Origin: Oscillospiraceae bacterium
Lineage (GTDB): Bacteria > Bacillota > Clostridia > Oscillospirales > SIG627
Direction of reading: 5' to 3'
Length of the DNA stretch: 64,000 nt
Assembly: GCA_015064635.1 (NCBI GenBank)
Contig: SVRV01000007.1
Location: forward strand, 20,602-84,601
The translations under genes were made by a program, and so were the position numbers. The notes below the pieces were generated by a model, which was not told the DNA's origin, made no database searches, and saw nothing but the letters and a program-made list of their open reading frames with translations. Positions 16,209 to 24,700 of this stretch are shown piece after piece. Position 1 is the stretch's first letter; each line of letters begins with the position of its first letter.

Positions 16209-16604
16209 ATGAAAAAAATAGCTATATTACTTACACTTTTGCTCTCTCTTTCCCTTGCATCCTGCTCGGACGAAAAGGAAGAAGCAAAGAGCGAGCCCGA
16301 AACAAAGATTGAAACCCCTGCAGAATCCGAAGAAAAGACCGAAGAAGAAAAGCCTGCCGAAGAAGAGGCAACAGAGCTCCCCGAGCTCCCTTGGGCAGAC
16401 GGTCCCGTTGAAACACCTATGATTCCTCCCACATTCACAGAGGATGATACAGCGGAAGCCACACCCGAGGAAACCCCTGCCGAAGCTCCGGTTGAGACGC
16501 CCGAGGACACTCCCGTTGAAGGTCCCGAACTCGATGAAAAAGAGCTTCCCATTCTTGAAATCGTACCCGAAGAAAACGAAACACCAGCCATTCCCATCAA
16601 TTAA
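16209..16604 (+). CDS. Lipoprotein with an acidic Glu/Pro/Thr-rich low-complexity body
   Basis: Signal peptide plus lipobox (LSLASC). The rest is E/P/T-rich. Confidence 0.7.
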   Translation: MKKIAILLTLLLSLSLASCSDEKEEAKSEPETKIETPAESEEKTEEEKPAEEEATELPELPWADGPVETPMIPPTFTEDDTAEATPEETPAEAPVETPEDTPVEGPELDEKELPILEIVPEENETPAIPIN

Positions 16605-16615
16605 AGGAGCATATT

Positions 16616-17947
16616 ATGACAGACCTTATATTCAGCTTTGACACCGAGGATTACGTCAACCCAAAGGGTGCCGACGGAATACTGAGAGCCTCGAAAATGA
16701 TTCGTGAAGCCGGCTTTATGCCTTGTCACAACGTTGTTGCATGGCTTGCCGAGGCGCTTGTTAAATGGGGTAGACAGGACGTAATAGACGAACTGAAAAA
16801 ATGTGAGATAACAACACACTCTCTCAAGCACTCATACCATCCCACAATAAATGAATACACAGATATTGAGGACTTTGACGAGGCTATGAGGCTATTCCGC
16901 AAGGAGGAGGACGAGGCACTCAAAATAACACAGAGCATCATCGGGAACGAACGCTTCACAGCCGCTTGCCCTCCGGGGGATTCGGTATCCTACGTTGCAC
17001 AGTACGGATATGCGGATATGGGCTTTGAGATATACGACGGCGGACTCACCCGTGACGAGGTAAGAGGAAGACCCGTATCATTCTGCAATATTCAAAATCT
17101 GATGTACAAATATGCCATAGACCCATTTGTATACTTTACGAAGGAGCAGGTTGACGAGGTTATTGAAAACCTTGCCAAAGCAGATGTATCAATCATATAC
17201 CATCATCCCCAGAAGAACACCGTCACTACCTTCTGTGACCTTCAGAACTTCCATAAGGGAAAGAACAACGACGGTGAGTGGATACTCAGCGACCTTGTAC
17301 CCGAGGAAAATGTAAAGCGCTTTGAGGAAAACCTTGCCTATTTCCTTGAAAAGGTAAAGAATGACCGTCGCTTTAACCCCATGACATATTCGCAGATTGC
17401 GGACAAATATCGCTCATACAGAGTTATAAAGCCTCAGGACATTCCCGAAATAAAGAAGTGGATTGACGAGGAATTCTTCCCTCTCACACGTCCCGATTCC
17501 CTTTGTATTTCCGATATTCTCCTCGCTTGCCGTGACTTCCTTCTCGGCAAGAGTGAGCACGTTTGCGAAAAGGTGTACGGATTCCTTGACGTGCCATACG
17601 CCATTCCCCACCCTGTAAAGGTAACAGCCACAGAAATGAAGGAGTCAGCCGTACAAATTCCCGACGGCAAATTCTTGCCCACCGAGATAACAGTAGGCAG
17701 TAAAAAACTCGGACCTGCCGACTGGCTGAGAGCGGCACTTATTATCCTTTCGGGTAAAAATGAGGCAACTGTTGTGCCCGACAAGTGGCAGATAGACCTG
17801 AATGAATTCCCACAGCTCAGAGATCTGTGTTTCACCGGCTCATGGGTACACGCAGACGACTTCCCCGACAAATATGTTTCGGATAGGAGCAGACTTCAGA
17901 GCTGGACTATAAGACTCCCGAAGGGAACAGAGAGAAAAATATATTAA
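16616..17947 (+). CDS. Hypothetical protein, possibly polysaccharide-deacetylase-like fold
   Basis: 443 aa with an AAAGGAG RBS. The N-terminal LIFSFDTEDY motif is reminiscent of the deacetylase / GH57-type (beta/alpha) barrel superfamily. This is a weak assignment. Confidence 0.3.
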   Translation: MTDLIFSFDTEDYVNPKGADGILRASKMIREAGFMPCHNVVAWLAEALVKWGRQDVIDELKKCEITTHSLKHSYHPTINEYTDIEDFDEAMRLFRKEEDEALKITQSIIGNERFTAACPPGDSVSYVAQYGYADMGFEIYDGGLTRDEVRGRPVSFCNIQNLMYKYAIDPFVYFTKEQVDEVIENLAKADVSIIYHHPQKNTVTTFCDLQNFHKGKNNDGEWILSDLVPEENVKRFEENLAYFLEKVKNDRRFNPMTYSQIADKYRSYRVIKPQDIPEIKKWIDEEFFPLTRPDSLCISDILLACRDFLLGKSEHVCEKVYGFLDVPYAIPHPVKVTATEMKESAVQIPDGKFLPTEITVGSKKLGPADWLRAALIILSGKNEATVVPDKWQIDLNEFPQLRDLCFTGSWVHADDFPDKYVSDRSRLQSWTIRLPKGTERKIY

Positions 17948-17956
17948 TAAATAATT

Positions 17957-17994
17957 GGAGAAGGGTGCTTTTGAAGTCAAAAGCACCCTTCTCC
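17957..17994. terminator. Perfect 16-bp stem hairpin between convergent genes
   Basis: GGAGAAGGGTGCTTTTgaagtcAAAAGCACCCTTCTCC. Neither side has a strong T tract, so it may be a terminator or an RNA stabiliser. Confidence 0.5.
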
Positions 17995-18047
17995 AAACCT
18001 CATCCCGAAAAACAATGTTTGAAATTTTATTATTAATTAATATCCTT

Positions 18048-18126
18048 AATTTTAAAGTTTTTGGAATTCTTAAACCTTTTTTCAAAAAGGTTTAAGCGGT
18101 TCCAAGGCAGAGCCTTGGCAGGGGTT
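18048..18126. repeat. Intergenic mosaic hairpin element, locus D
   Basis: About 75 nt align to the reverse complement of locus A (9111..9180), with compensatory changes in both hairpins. Confidence 0.8.
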
Positions 18127-18146
18127 GAGACAGAGTCCCAATATAA

Positions 18147-18869
18147 TCACTCAAGTATATTGGATGTAATATAGTCAACGCCCATTTCCGCAAGTCTTTC
18201 GCCGAATGCGGGGTCGTCAACCGTCCACACGTTTACTTCGAGTCCCTCTGCGTGGAATTTATCCACCCATTCCTTTGTCATACAGCCTGCCGCATCGTCG
18301 ATATCAAAGCGGTACTCCTTGCACATTTCGAAAATGCTGTCGGTAAGCTCGGCGGCAAGGAACTGAATCTTGTTATCGGTAAGCTTACGTAGTATCTTAC
18401 AGTTATCCGCATAGAAGGAAATGAATATCATGCCGTCAAGATAATCCTGCTCCTTTATCTCCTCCACCATACGGGCAAGCTGCTCCTCGGTGAAGGGGGT
18501 TTTTATTTCAAGAACACATTTTTTGTCATACTTCTTGCAGACATGAACGTATTCCGCAAGTGAAGGAATACGGATATCCTGTCTTATTTCACTGCCGTCA
18601 CGGTCGGGCAAAACGGTTGCCTGAAGCTCTGAAAGTGTTGACTCTTCAATAACGAATTTATACTTTCCGTTTGATACTCTCTCGGGTGTGCCGTCGTGAT
18701 GGAGAGCAAATTTTCCGTCCTTTGTTACTCTCACGTCGGTTTCAACGCCGTAGTAGCTGCGCTGACCTGCTGCAAGAAATGCGGGTACAGTGTTTTCACG
18801 CTCAAGACCGCTGACACCTCTGTGTGCCACCATTTTTACGTTACCCTTGTTAAATTTTCTTGTGTCCAT
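18147..18869 (-). CDS. Glycerophosphodiester phosphodiesterase
   Basis: 240 aa with GDPD motifs HRG..ENT (MVAHRGVSGLERENTVPAF) and ETDVRVTKDG. GGAGG RBS. Confidence 0.85.
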   Translation of the reverse strand: MDTRKFNKGNVKMVAHRGVSGLERENTVPAFLAAGQRSYYGVETDVRVTKDGKFALHHDGTPERVSNGKYKFVIEESTLSELQATVLPDRDGSEIRQDIRIPSLAEYVHVCKKYDKKCVLEIKTPFTEEQLARMVEEIKEQDYLDGMIFISFYADNCKILRKLTDNKIQFLAAELTDSIFEMCKEYRFDIDDAAGCMTKEWVDKFHAEGLEVNVWTVDDPAFGERLAEMGVDYITSNILE

Positions 18870-18884
18870 GATTACCTCCGATTT

Positions 18885-19568
18885 TTATTCTTTTATTTGA
18901 TTTGTCTTAAGTCTTCGCCAGTTGTAAAAGCCGTAAAGGTCATTGAATAAAAACATTATAAAGCATACTATCATCGGAATATAGGAAATATTTTCAATGC
19001 TCGCCAGCACCCACAGTACAATGAGTACAATATCGTTCAGTGAATAACCGATAGCATACCACGGACTTCTCAAAAAGGTGAGATAGGATGCCGCAATACT
19101 TGTAGTAACAGAAAGAGTGCTGAAGCCGATGTTTTTGGTGTTAAGTGCCGAAAGTATGAAGTAAAAGGCAACTGTCGCTACCACAGTCAAAAATGCTCCA
19201 AATATCCATTGCTTTTTGGTAACAGAGCTGACCTCTACGGTTTTCGAGCCTTTATAAGGATGTCTAACCCAAGATATTACCGCCATCAATGCCGCAGGTG
19301 CCGACATGCCGAGATAGGTAATCATCTCACCGTAATAACCAAAGAAAAAAGAAACTATTCCGTAAAATACCGAAAATACAAGACAAAGCGCTTGACCTAT
19401 AACGTAACCCTTTGCCACAAATATCAAGGCTGTAACTCCCGTGATCGAGGACAATGCAGTCATAAAGTCCCCTGCACCCGAGAGGATATATGAAAGAGCA
19501 ACAACTGTTACCGAGGACAGCCACAGTCCGAATTCAAATTTTGTTAAGTCACGAAAGGGATTATGCAT
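18885..19568 (-). CDS. pnuC: Nicotinamide riboside (PnuC family) transporter
   Basis: 227-aa multi-TM protein with PnuC-like sequence (VAKGYVIGQ..., WVRHPYKG...). GGAGG RBS. Confidence 0.7.
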   Translation of the reverse strand: MHNPFRDLTKFEFGLWLSSVTVVALSYILSGAGDFMTALSSITGVTALIFVAKGYVIGQALCLVFSVFYGIVSFFFGYYGEMITYLGMSAPAALMAVISWVRHPYKGSKTVEVSSVTKKQWIFGAFLTVVATVAFYFILSALNTKNIGFSTLSVTTSIAASYLTFLRSPWYAIGYSLNDIVLIVLWVLASIENISYIPMIVCFIMFLFNDLYGFYNWRRLKTNQIKE

Positions 19569-19743
19569 TTATACCTCCAATAAAAAAACATCCGTTACAC
19601 ACATCTTCTAAGACCTAACGATGCGTAAACGAATGCTAAATTCGAAGTGAGTCGAAACCATGGCGGTTTTAAATAGGAATTTTCTCGGCGTCAAAGGTTA
19701 GATTCTCTTCGGCTTTCATTCACTACCCGGTGGCAGTGAAGTT
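19569..19743 (-). promoter_or_regulatory. ~170-nt structured leader upstream of pnuC with a terminator-like hairpin and T7 run (19582..19623)
   Basis: Leader hairpins include TTCACTGCCaccgGGTAGTGAA. CATCGTTA..TAACGGATG is followed by TTTTTTT just before the RBS. No known riboswitch core was recognised. Confidence 0.3.
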
Positions 19744-19772
19744 ATTTTATCACAGGCATTCGTTTTTGTCAA
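19744..19772 (-). promoter_or_regulatory. Sigma-A promoter TTGACA-17-TAAAAT
   Basis: Minus-strand reading TTGACAaaaacgaatgcctgtgaTAAAAT, immediately after the EamA gene stop. Confidence 0.6.
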
Positions 19773-19778
19773 TATGTT

Positions 19779-20192
19779 TTAAAGCACCATTACAAGCGTT
19801 CCCGCACCGATGAGAATACAGCCTATAAGGGATTTATACGTAAATGTCTCATGTAAGAATACAAAAGCAAGAACCAATGTGAAAACAACACTCAGCTTAT
19901 CGATGGGGACAACCTTTGATGCCTCACCCGTTTGCAAGGCTTTGTAGTAAAACAACCACGAAGCACCGGTTGCAAGTCCCGAAAGAATAAGAAACAGCCA
20001 GCTTTTACGGCTTATTTCAAATATTCCGCCTTGCTTGTTTGTCAAAAATACCATTCCCCACGCCATAAGTACCACAACAACGGTACGGATTGCTGTGGCA
20101 AGATTGGAGTTCACCCCATCAATACCGATTTTGGCAAGTATCGAAGTGAGTGCGGCAAATACAGCCGAAAGCAATGCAAATATAAACCACAT
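19779..20192 (-). CDS. EamA-like (DMT superfamily) small transporter
   Basis: 137 aa with 4 predicted TM segments and an EamA-domain style sequence. Confidence 0.7.
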   Translation of the reverse strand: MWFIFALLSAVFAALTSILAKIGIDGVNSNLATAIRTVVVVLMAWGMVFLTNKQGGIFEISRKSWLFLILSGLATGASWLFYYKALQTGEASKVVPIDKLSVVFTLVLAFVFLHETFTYKSLIGCILIGAGTLVMVL

Positions 20193-20214
20193 TTTAACGT
20201 CCTCTTTTTTGTCT

Positions 20215-21363
20215 TTATAGCTCGAGGCAGGAGTAAAGCACGTTTCTCATTTCATACTGCCATCTCAGCTCCCAGCCATGCATTTCCTGGAAATAGGTCA
20301 TTGACAGCTTGTTCTTTGTGTCAACGAGAGAGAAGCCTCCTGCCGCACCATCCCATCCGAATTCACCGATGGGAGAAATTGAGCCGCTTTTTATTTTGTC
20401 AATATGTGAGCGCACACCAAGTCCGTAGCCGTAGCCCGCACGGTTCAAGTCCATGACCTGACGCTCACTTGAATGGTTCATTCCCATAAGCTCCACGGTA
20501 GAGGGAGAAAGAAGTCGGTATCCGTTTGCCGCCACACCGCCGTTTGCAAGTGCATCAAGGAATATTTTATAATCGTCAACTCTCGACACGATTCCCGCAC
20601 CGCCGCATTCATACTCCTCGGTAAGCATGAAGCGGCATTCAAGAGGCTGCTTTTCAACCTTACCCTCGGGGCTGCGAAGATATCTGGAGGTAAGACGGGA
20701 GCGCTGTTCCTCATTCTTCGGAAGTCCGAAGAAGGTCTCTTTCATTCCGAGAGGCTCAAAAATATTCTTTTTCATATACTCCCCAAAGCTCTGTCCCGAC
20801 CACACCTCAATAAGTGCACCAAGCACATCGTGAGAAAGGCTGTAACGGAAGCGTGTGCCCGGCTCAAAGCCAAGGGGCATATCAGCCATTGCAGAAACCA
20901 GCTCACGGGTGGTCTTTTTGCCATCGCGAAGGGCATTTAGTATTGCGGGGTCTCCTAAATTATAGCTCATGCCCGAGGACATTGTGAAAAGGTGTCGTAT
21001 GAGGATTGGAGCTTTGGCATATCCGCTTTTCCCGCATTCAACATTATATTCGTCATTGTAGGGCGGAAGCACCTCGAGCTTCATTTTTTCAAATTCGGGA
21101 AGGTATCTTGAAAGGGGGTCATGCATCGCATATCTGCCCTTTTCAAGAAGCTGAAGAGCCGCTGTAACCGTCAGCATTTTCGACATTGAGAAAATGATAT
21201 AAAGGTCATCGGTCTTGAGAAGCCTTTTTTCCTCCTTGTCGGCGTAGCCTGTGCAATATCTGAATAATTCCTCGTGCTCACGAAAAACCGAGCAGTCAAC
21301 ACCAGGCACACCGTACTCGTTTACCATTCTGTCAAGATATTTTTCAAGTCTTGTGAAGTTCAT
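20215..21363 (-). CDS. Serine hydrolase (beta-lactamase / penicillin-binding family)
   Basis: 382 aa with an SxxK motif (FSMSKMLT). GGAGG RBS. Confidence 0.8.
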   Translation of the reverse strand: MNFTRLEKYLDRMVNEYGVPGVDCSVFREHEELFRYCTGYADKEEKRLLKTDDLYIIFSMSKMLTVTAALQLLEKGRYAMHDPLSRYLPEFEKMKLEVLPPYNDEYNVECGKSGYAKAPILIRHLFTMSSGMSYNLGDPAILNALRDGKKTTRELVSAMADMPLGFEPGTRFRYSLSHDVLGALIEVWSGQSFGEYMKKNIFEPLGMKETFFGLPKNEEQRSRLTSRYLRSPEGKVEKQPLECRFMLTEEYECGGAGIVSRVDDYKIFLDALANGGVAANGYRLLSPSTVELMGMNHSSERQVMDLNRAGYGYGLGVRSHIDKIKSGSISPIGEFGWDGAAGGFSLVDTKNKLSMTYFQEMHGWELRWQYEMRNVLYSCLEL

Positions 21364-21646
21364 TTTAAGCCTCCGAATATTTTATGCCACCATTGTAGCA
21401 CCGCTTTTTGAAAAAGTAAAGAGAAAATTCCAAAAAAGGACTTTCACTTTCTGATTTTCTTGCTAATTCTCCGGAACAAATGCCGCAAACAGCTTTTCTC
21501 TCTTTGCGATAACATACTCATCGGTACGGTGTCCGTTTTCAATACTCCCTCTCCCTTATGCGAGCTTTGCAATATGGATTCAAATAAAAAGTAATGTAAT
21601 ATTTTGTGTATTTATAACAAAAAGAAAGACTCTCTGAACTTTTTTC

Positions 21647-21675
21647 TTGACAAACAAAAATCGCCGTGATACTAT
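21647..21675 (+). promoter_or_regulatory. Sigma-A promoter TTGACA-17-TACTAT with TGn extended -10
   Basis: TTGACAaacaaaaatcgccgTGaTACTAT. The -10 overlaps the first palindromic operator. Confidence 0.55.
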
Positions 21676-21718
21676 AACGTTATAGGGGTTCTTTTCTCGT
21701 TTTACTATAACGTTATAG
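21671..21718. promoter_or_regulatory. Two identical 15-bp copies of ACTATAACGTTATAG (14-bp perfect palindrome CTATAACGTTATAG), 33 bp centre to centre
   Basis: Exact copies at 21671..21685 and 21704..21718, between the promoter and the 21763 start. Confidence 0.6.
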
Positions 21719-21762
21719 CGAAGTGGGAAATCAAATCCAAAAAATAATAAGGAGAAAAGATT

Positions 21763-24700
21763 ATGAAACGCAATTTCAAACTTTTCACAGCATTGGCGAT
21801 TCTGCTTCTCGTATTCTCATCAATGAGCGTACTTGCAAGTCTTGAAAAGCCATCCAAACCCGACGTAATTGTGGCGTCGGAGGAAGCCGACAGCGGGTTT
21901 TACACCTACTTTCCGGACATTGTAAATATTCCGGCTGAGGCTTGCGAAAATCAACCTAACGGAAAACTGCTGCTGGTTTATTACAGAGCACAGCAGCACG
22001 GTTCAAAAAACGATGCTCAATCCCTGGTCAGCTCGCTTGAAATGGTAGAGAGCACCGATGACGGCAAGACCTGGGAAAGCAAGGGCGCCATTGTTGACCA
22101 GGCAAAGCTTCAAGCATGGGGCATATCCTCCCCCGAAAAGCCTGTTGAGGCACATGACCCCAATCTTGACATTCTTCCCGATAATACAATAGTATTCACC
22201 TTCTGGACCTCCACTGCAAACAATGCGTCCGACATCAACACATACATAATGGACAGCCGAGACGGCGGAGAAACCTGGAGTGACCCCATAAAGATTCCTT
22301 GCTCACACCTTACCTATGGTGCATGCAAGCACGGAGACTCGGCAATTTTCCCCGACTCATCAAATCAGATACTCATCCCCCTTTACGGGCGTGCTGACGG
22401 CTCCGAAAGCGGTATGGATACCGATGTTGTGCTTGTACTTGCCACAAAAACCGCGAACGGTTGGAGCTTTGATAACGAATATGTATTTCTTGAATCGGAT
22501 GTATCCAACGGTATTACCTACAATGAAGTATCTCTTGTTGCGGTAAGCTCAAATACAATATATGCGCTTTCCCGAGAGCCCGGTCATCTTTTTAAGTCAA
22601 CCGACAAGGGTATTACCTGGACACAAATTGCCGACGATAACAGCAAAAACACCCAGCAACCCCGTACAGTTCTTCTCCCCGACGGCAGTATTTTCTTTGT
22701 TTGGTCGGTTCATGGCAATAACGGACGTCCCGTCTATGGAAAGCTCTTCCGCCCCGAATACGGATGGGACAACATCCCCCCAAGGATGATATATATTTCT
22801 CCAAGAAATAACAGTGATATTGCAGACCCTGCTCCCGTTTTTACAAATGACGGTAAGCTTTTCGTCGCATACTATGACTCGCAGGAGAGATATATCGGCG
22901 GCACCTTCACCGAGCTCTCCGATTGGGAAGTGCCCGAAATAGATATGAACTTTGAAAGCCGTACTATTCTTCATACCGAGGATACCGAAAGCGGTACTGT
23001 CGGCAAGGCATTCAACAGCTCATATTTCTATAAAGTGGGAACCGGTGCTACTGCAGGCATCAATGTTGCCGAAATTGACGGGAATAAAGTAATTGACTTC
23101 TACGACCTTTCCTCCGCAGGCTACCCCAGACTTATGTCAAACGCTACGATTACAGGCAACTACACGGTCACCTTTGATGCGTACTTTACGACATTTGAAT
23201 CCGCATATATGAACTTCACATCAGCCGAGGGCGGTCCAACCTTTCAGATAGACGGCTCTACCGTAAAGGTTGGCTACCAAGGAGTAATTAAGACAACCAA
23301 GGATTTGGCACTTCAGACAGAAACCTGGTATAAAATGAAGTTTTCAAGAATCGGAAACTCCGTTTTCGCAAAGGTATGGACGGGTGAAGAGCCTACAGAG
23401 TGGACTCTTAAGTATACTCTCCCTGCAGATGTTGTTGAAAACCAAATGAGATTCTCCTATTATTCCGGAGCATCCAACTCCCATTTTTACGTTGATAACA
23501 TAGCTATAACACGAGCTATGGAAATACAGGTCAAGGATACCCTTGAGGTAATGGACGGCACTACCGATACACTTACCTACGAGATTTTCCCTGCCCCCAT
23601 CGAGGATATAACCGTTACCTTTACAAGTAGTGACACATCTGTGGCAACGGTAACCTCCGCAGGCATAATCACTCCTCACAAAGCAGGAGAGACCACTATA
23701 ACCCTTTCGGGTGCAGGTATGACAGCCGAATGTAAGGTAACAGTCGTTGAACAAAAGCTTGAAGCCTCAAACAAGGGTGAGCAGATTGTTTTCTGGGAGG
23801 AAAACCTGGAGGACAACGAGCTTGGCACCTTTACCACAAATGACTTCTCACAGTATATCACCGCAGACAGAGCGGCGGCTACGGTAGTGGAAGAAAACGG
23901 CAACAAAATACTTCGTATAAACGCCGAGCTTGTGACGGGCGTATTCCACTACGTCAGCCTTTTCGGATATAAGAGCATTGCAGACGATTATACCCTCACA
24001 GCAGATTTCCGTTTCAATTCAAAGACCGTCAATGTGCCCGACGGCGGACAGACAATTATGTTCGGCGTTCAGCATGCGACAGGTAACTACCTTATGAACG
24101 TAAAAACCGATAAGGTTACCTTCTCCGACAATTCGGGTAAGGTTCAATGCGAGCTTGCCAAGGAGCATACACCGGGTATATGGTACACCGCACGAATTTC
24201 AAGAGCAGGAAACGTTATTTACGGACGCACCTGGGTAAAGGGTGACCCCGAGCCTAACACCTGGGATGTTTTGTATACAGGCATTGACATCGGTAAGGCA
24301 GGTACTATGAGAGTTACCTATCAGAGTGCAAGCACCGGATATTATGGAGGAAGCCAATCGGCAGATTTCGATAACATTTATGCTTCCCGCCGAGCAGAAG
24401 TATCAATCAACGATACATACATTTCCGGCAGAGCGGGTGAATCGGTACTTCTCAAGGGCGTTGTTACCCCCGACGTCCTTTCAAAGACTCCCGCAATTAC
24501 CGCAGGCTGGTACAGTGATAACGAAGACATTGCGACAGTCACAGCTACGGGCAGAGTTACATTCGTTGCCCCCGGCACAACCAAGGTAAATTATAAGGTA
24601 GGTCTTAAGACTGTTAAGTCCTGTACGGTAGAGGTTTCCAAGGGCTACAAGCCCTACATCAACAAAGCGGCAACAACCGGTAAGGTCGGTATGTCCGAAA

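Noticed and set aside
16175-16600. 141-aa minus-strand Ser/Gly-rich ORF opposite the lipoprotein gene
   Set aside because: The + strand frame has an RBS, a signal peptide and a lipobox, and is coupled to the next gene. The minus frame is the low-complexity mirror.
19569-19743. pnuC leader as a TPP, FMN or preQ1 riboswitch
   Set aside because: I could not find the conserved cores (CUGAGA / ACCUGAUCUGGAUAAUGCCAGC for TPP, the FMN core, or the preQ1 tail). I kept it only as an unclassified leader.
21465-21545. Short minus-strand reading frame ending ..IENGHRTDEYVIAKREKLFAAFVPEN* as a gene or pseudogene
   Set aside because: Only ~26 codons are open, an in-frame stop lies immediately upstream, and there is no start or RBS. 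It may be a relic of a lost gene but cannot be supported as a feature.
21671-21718. The twin palindromes as CcpA cre sites
   Set aside because: The cre consensus needs TG..CG..CA (WTGNAANCGNWNNCW). These sites read CTATAACGTTATAG and lack the TG/CA ends, so another regulator is more likely.
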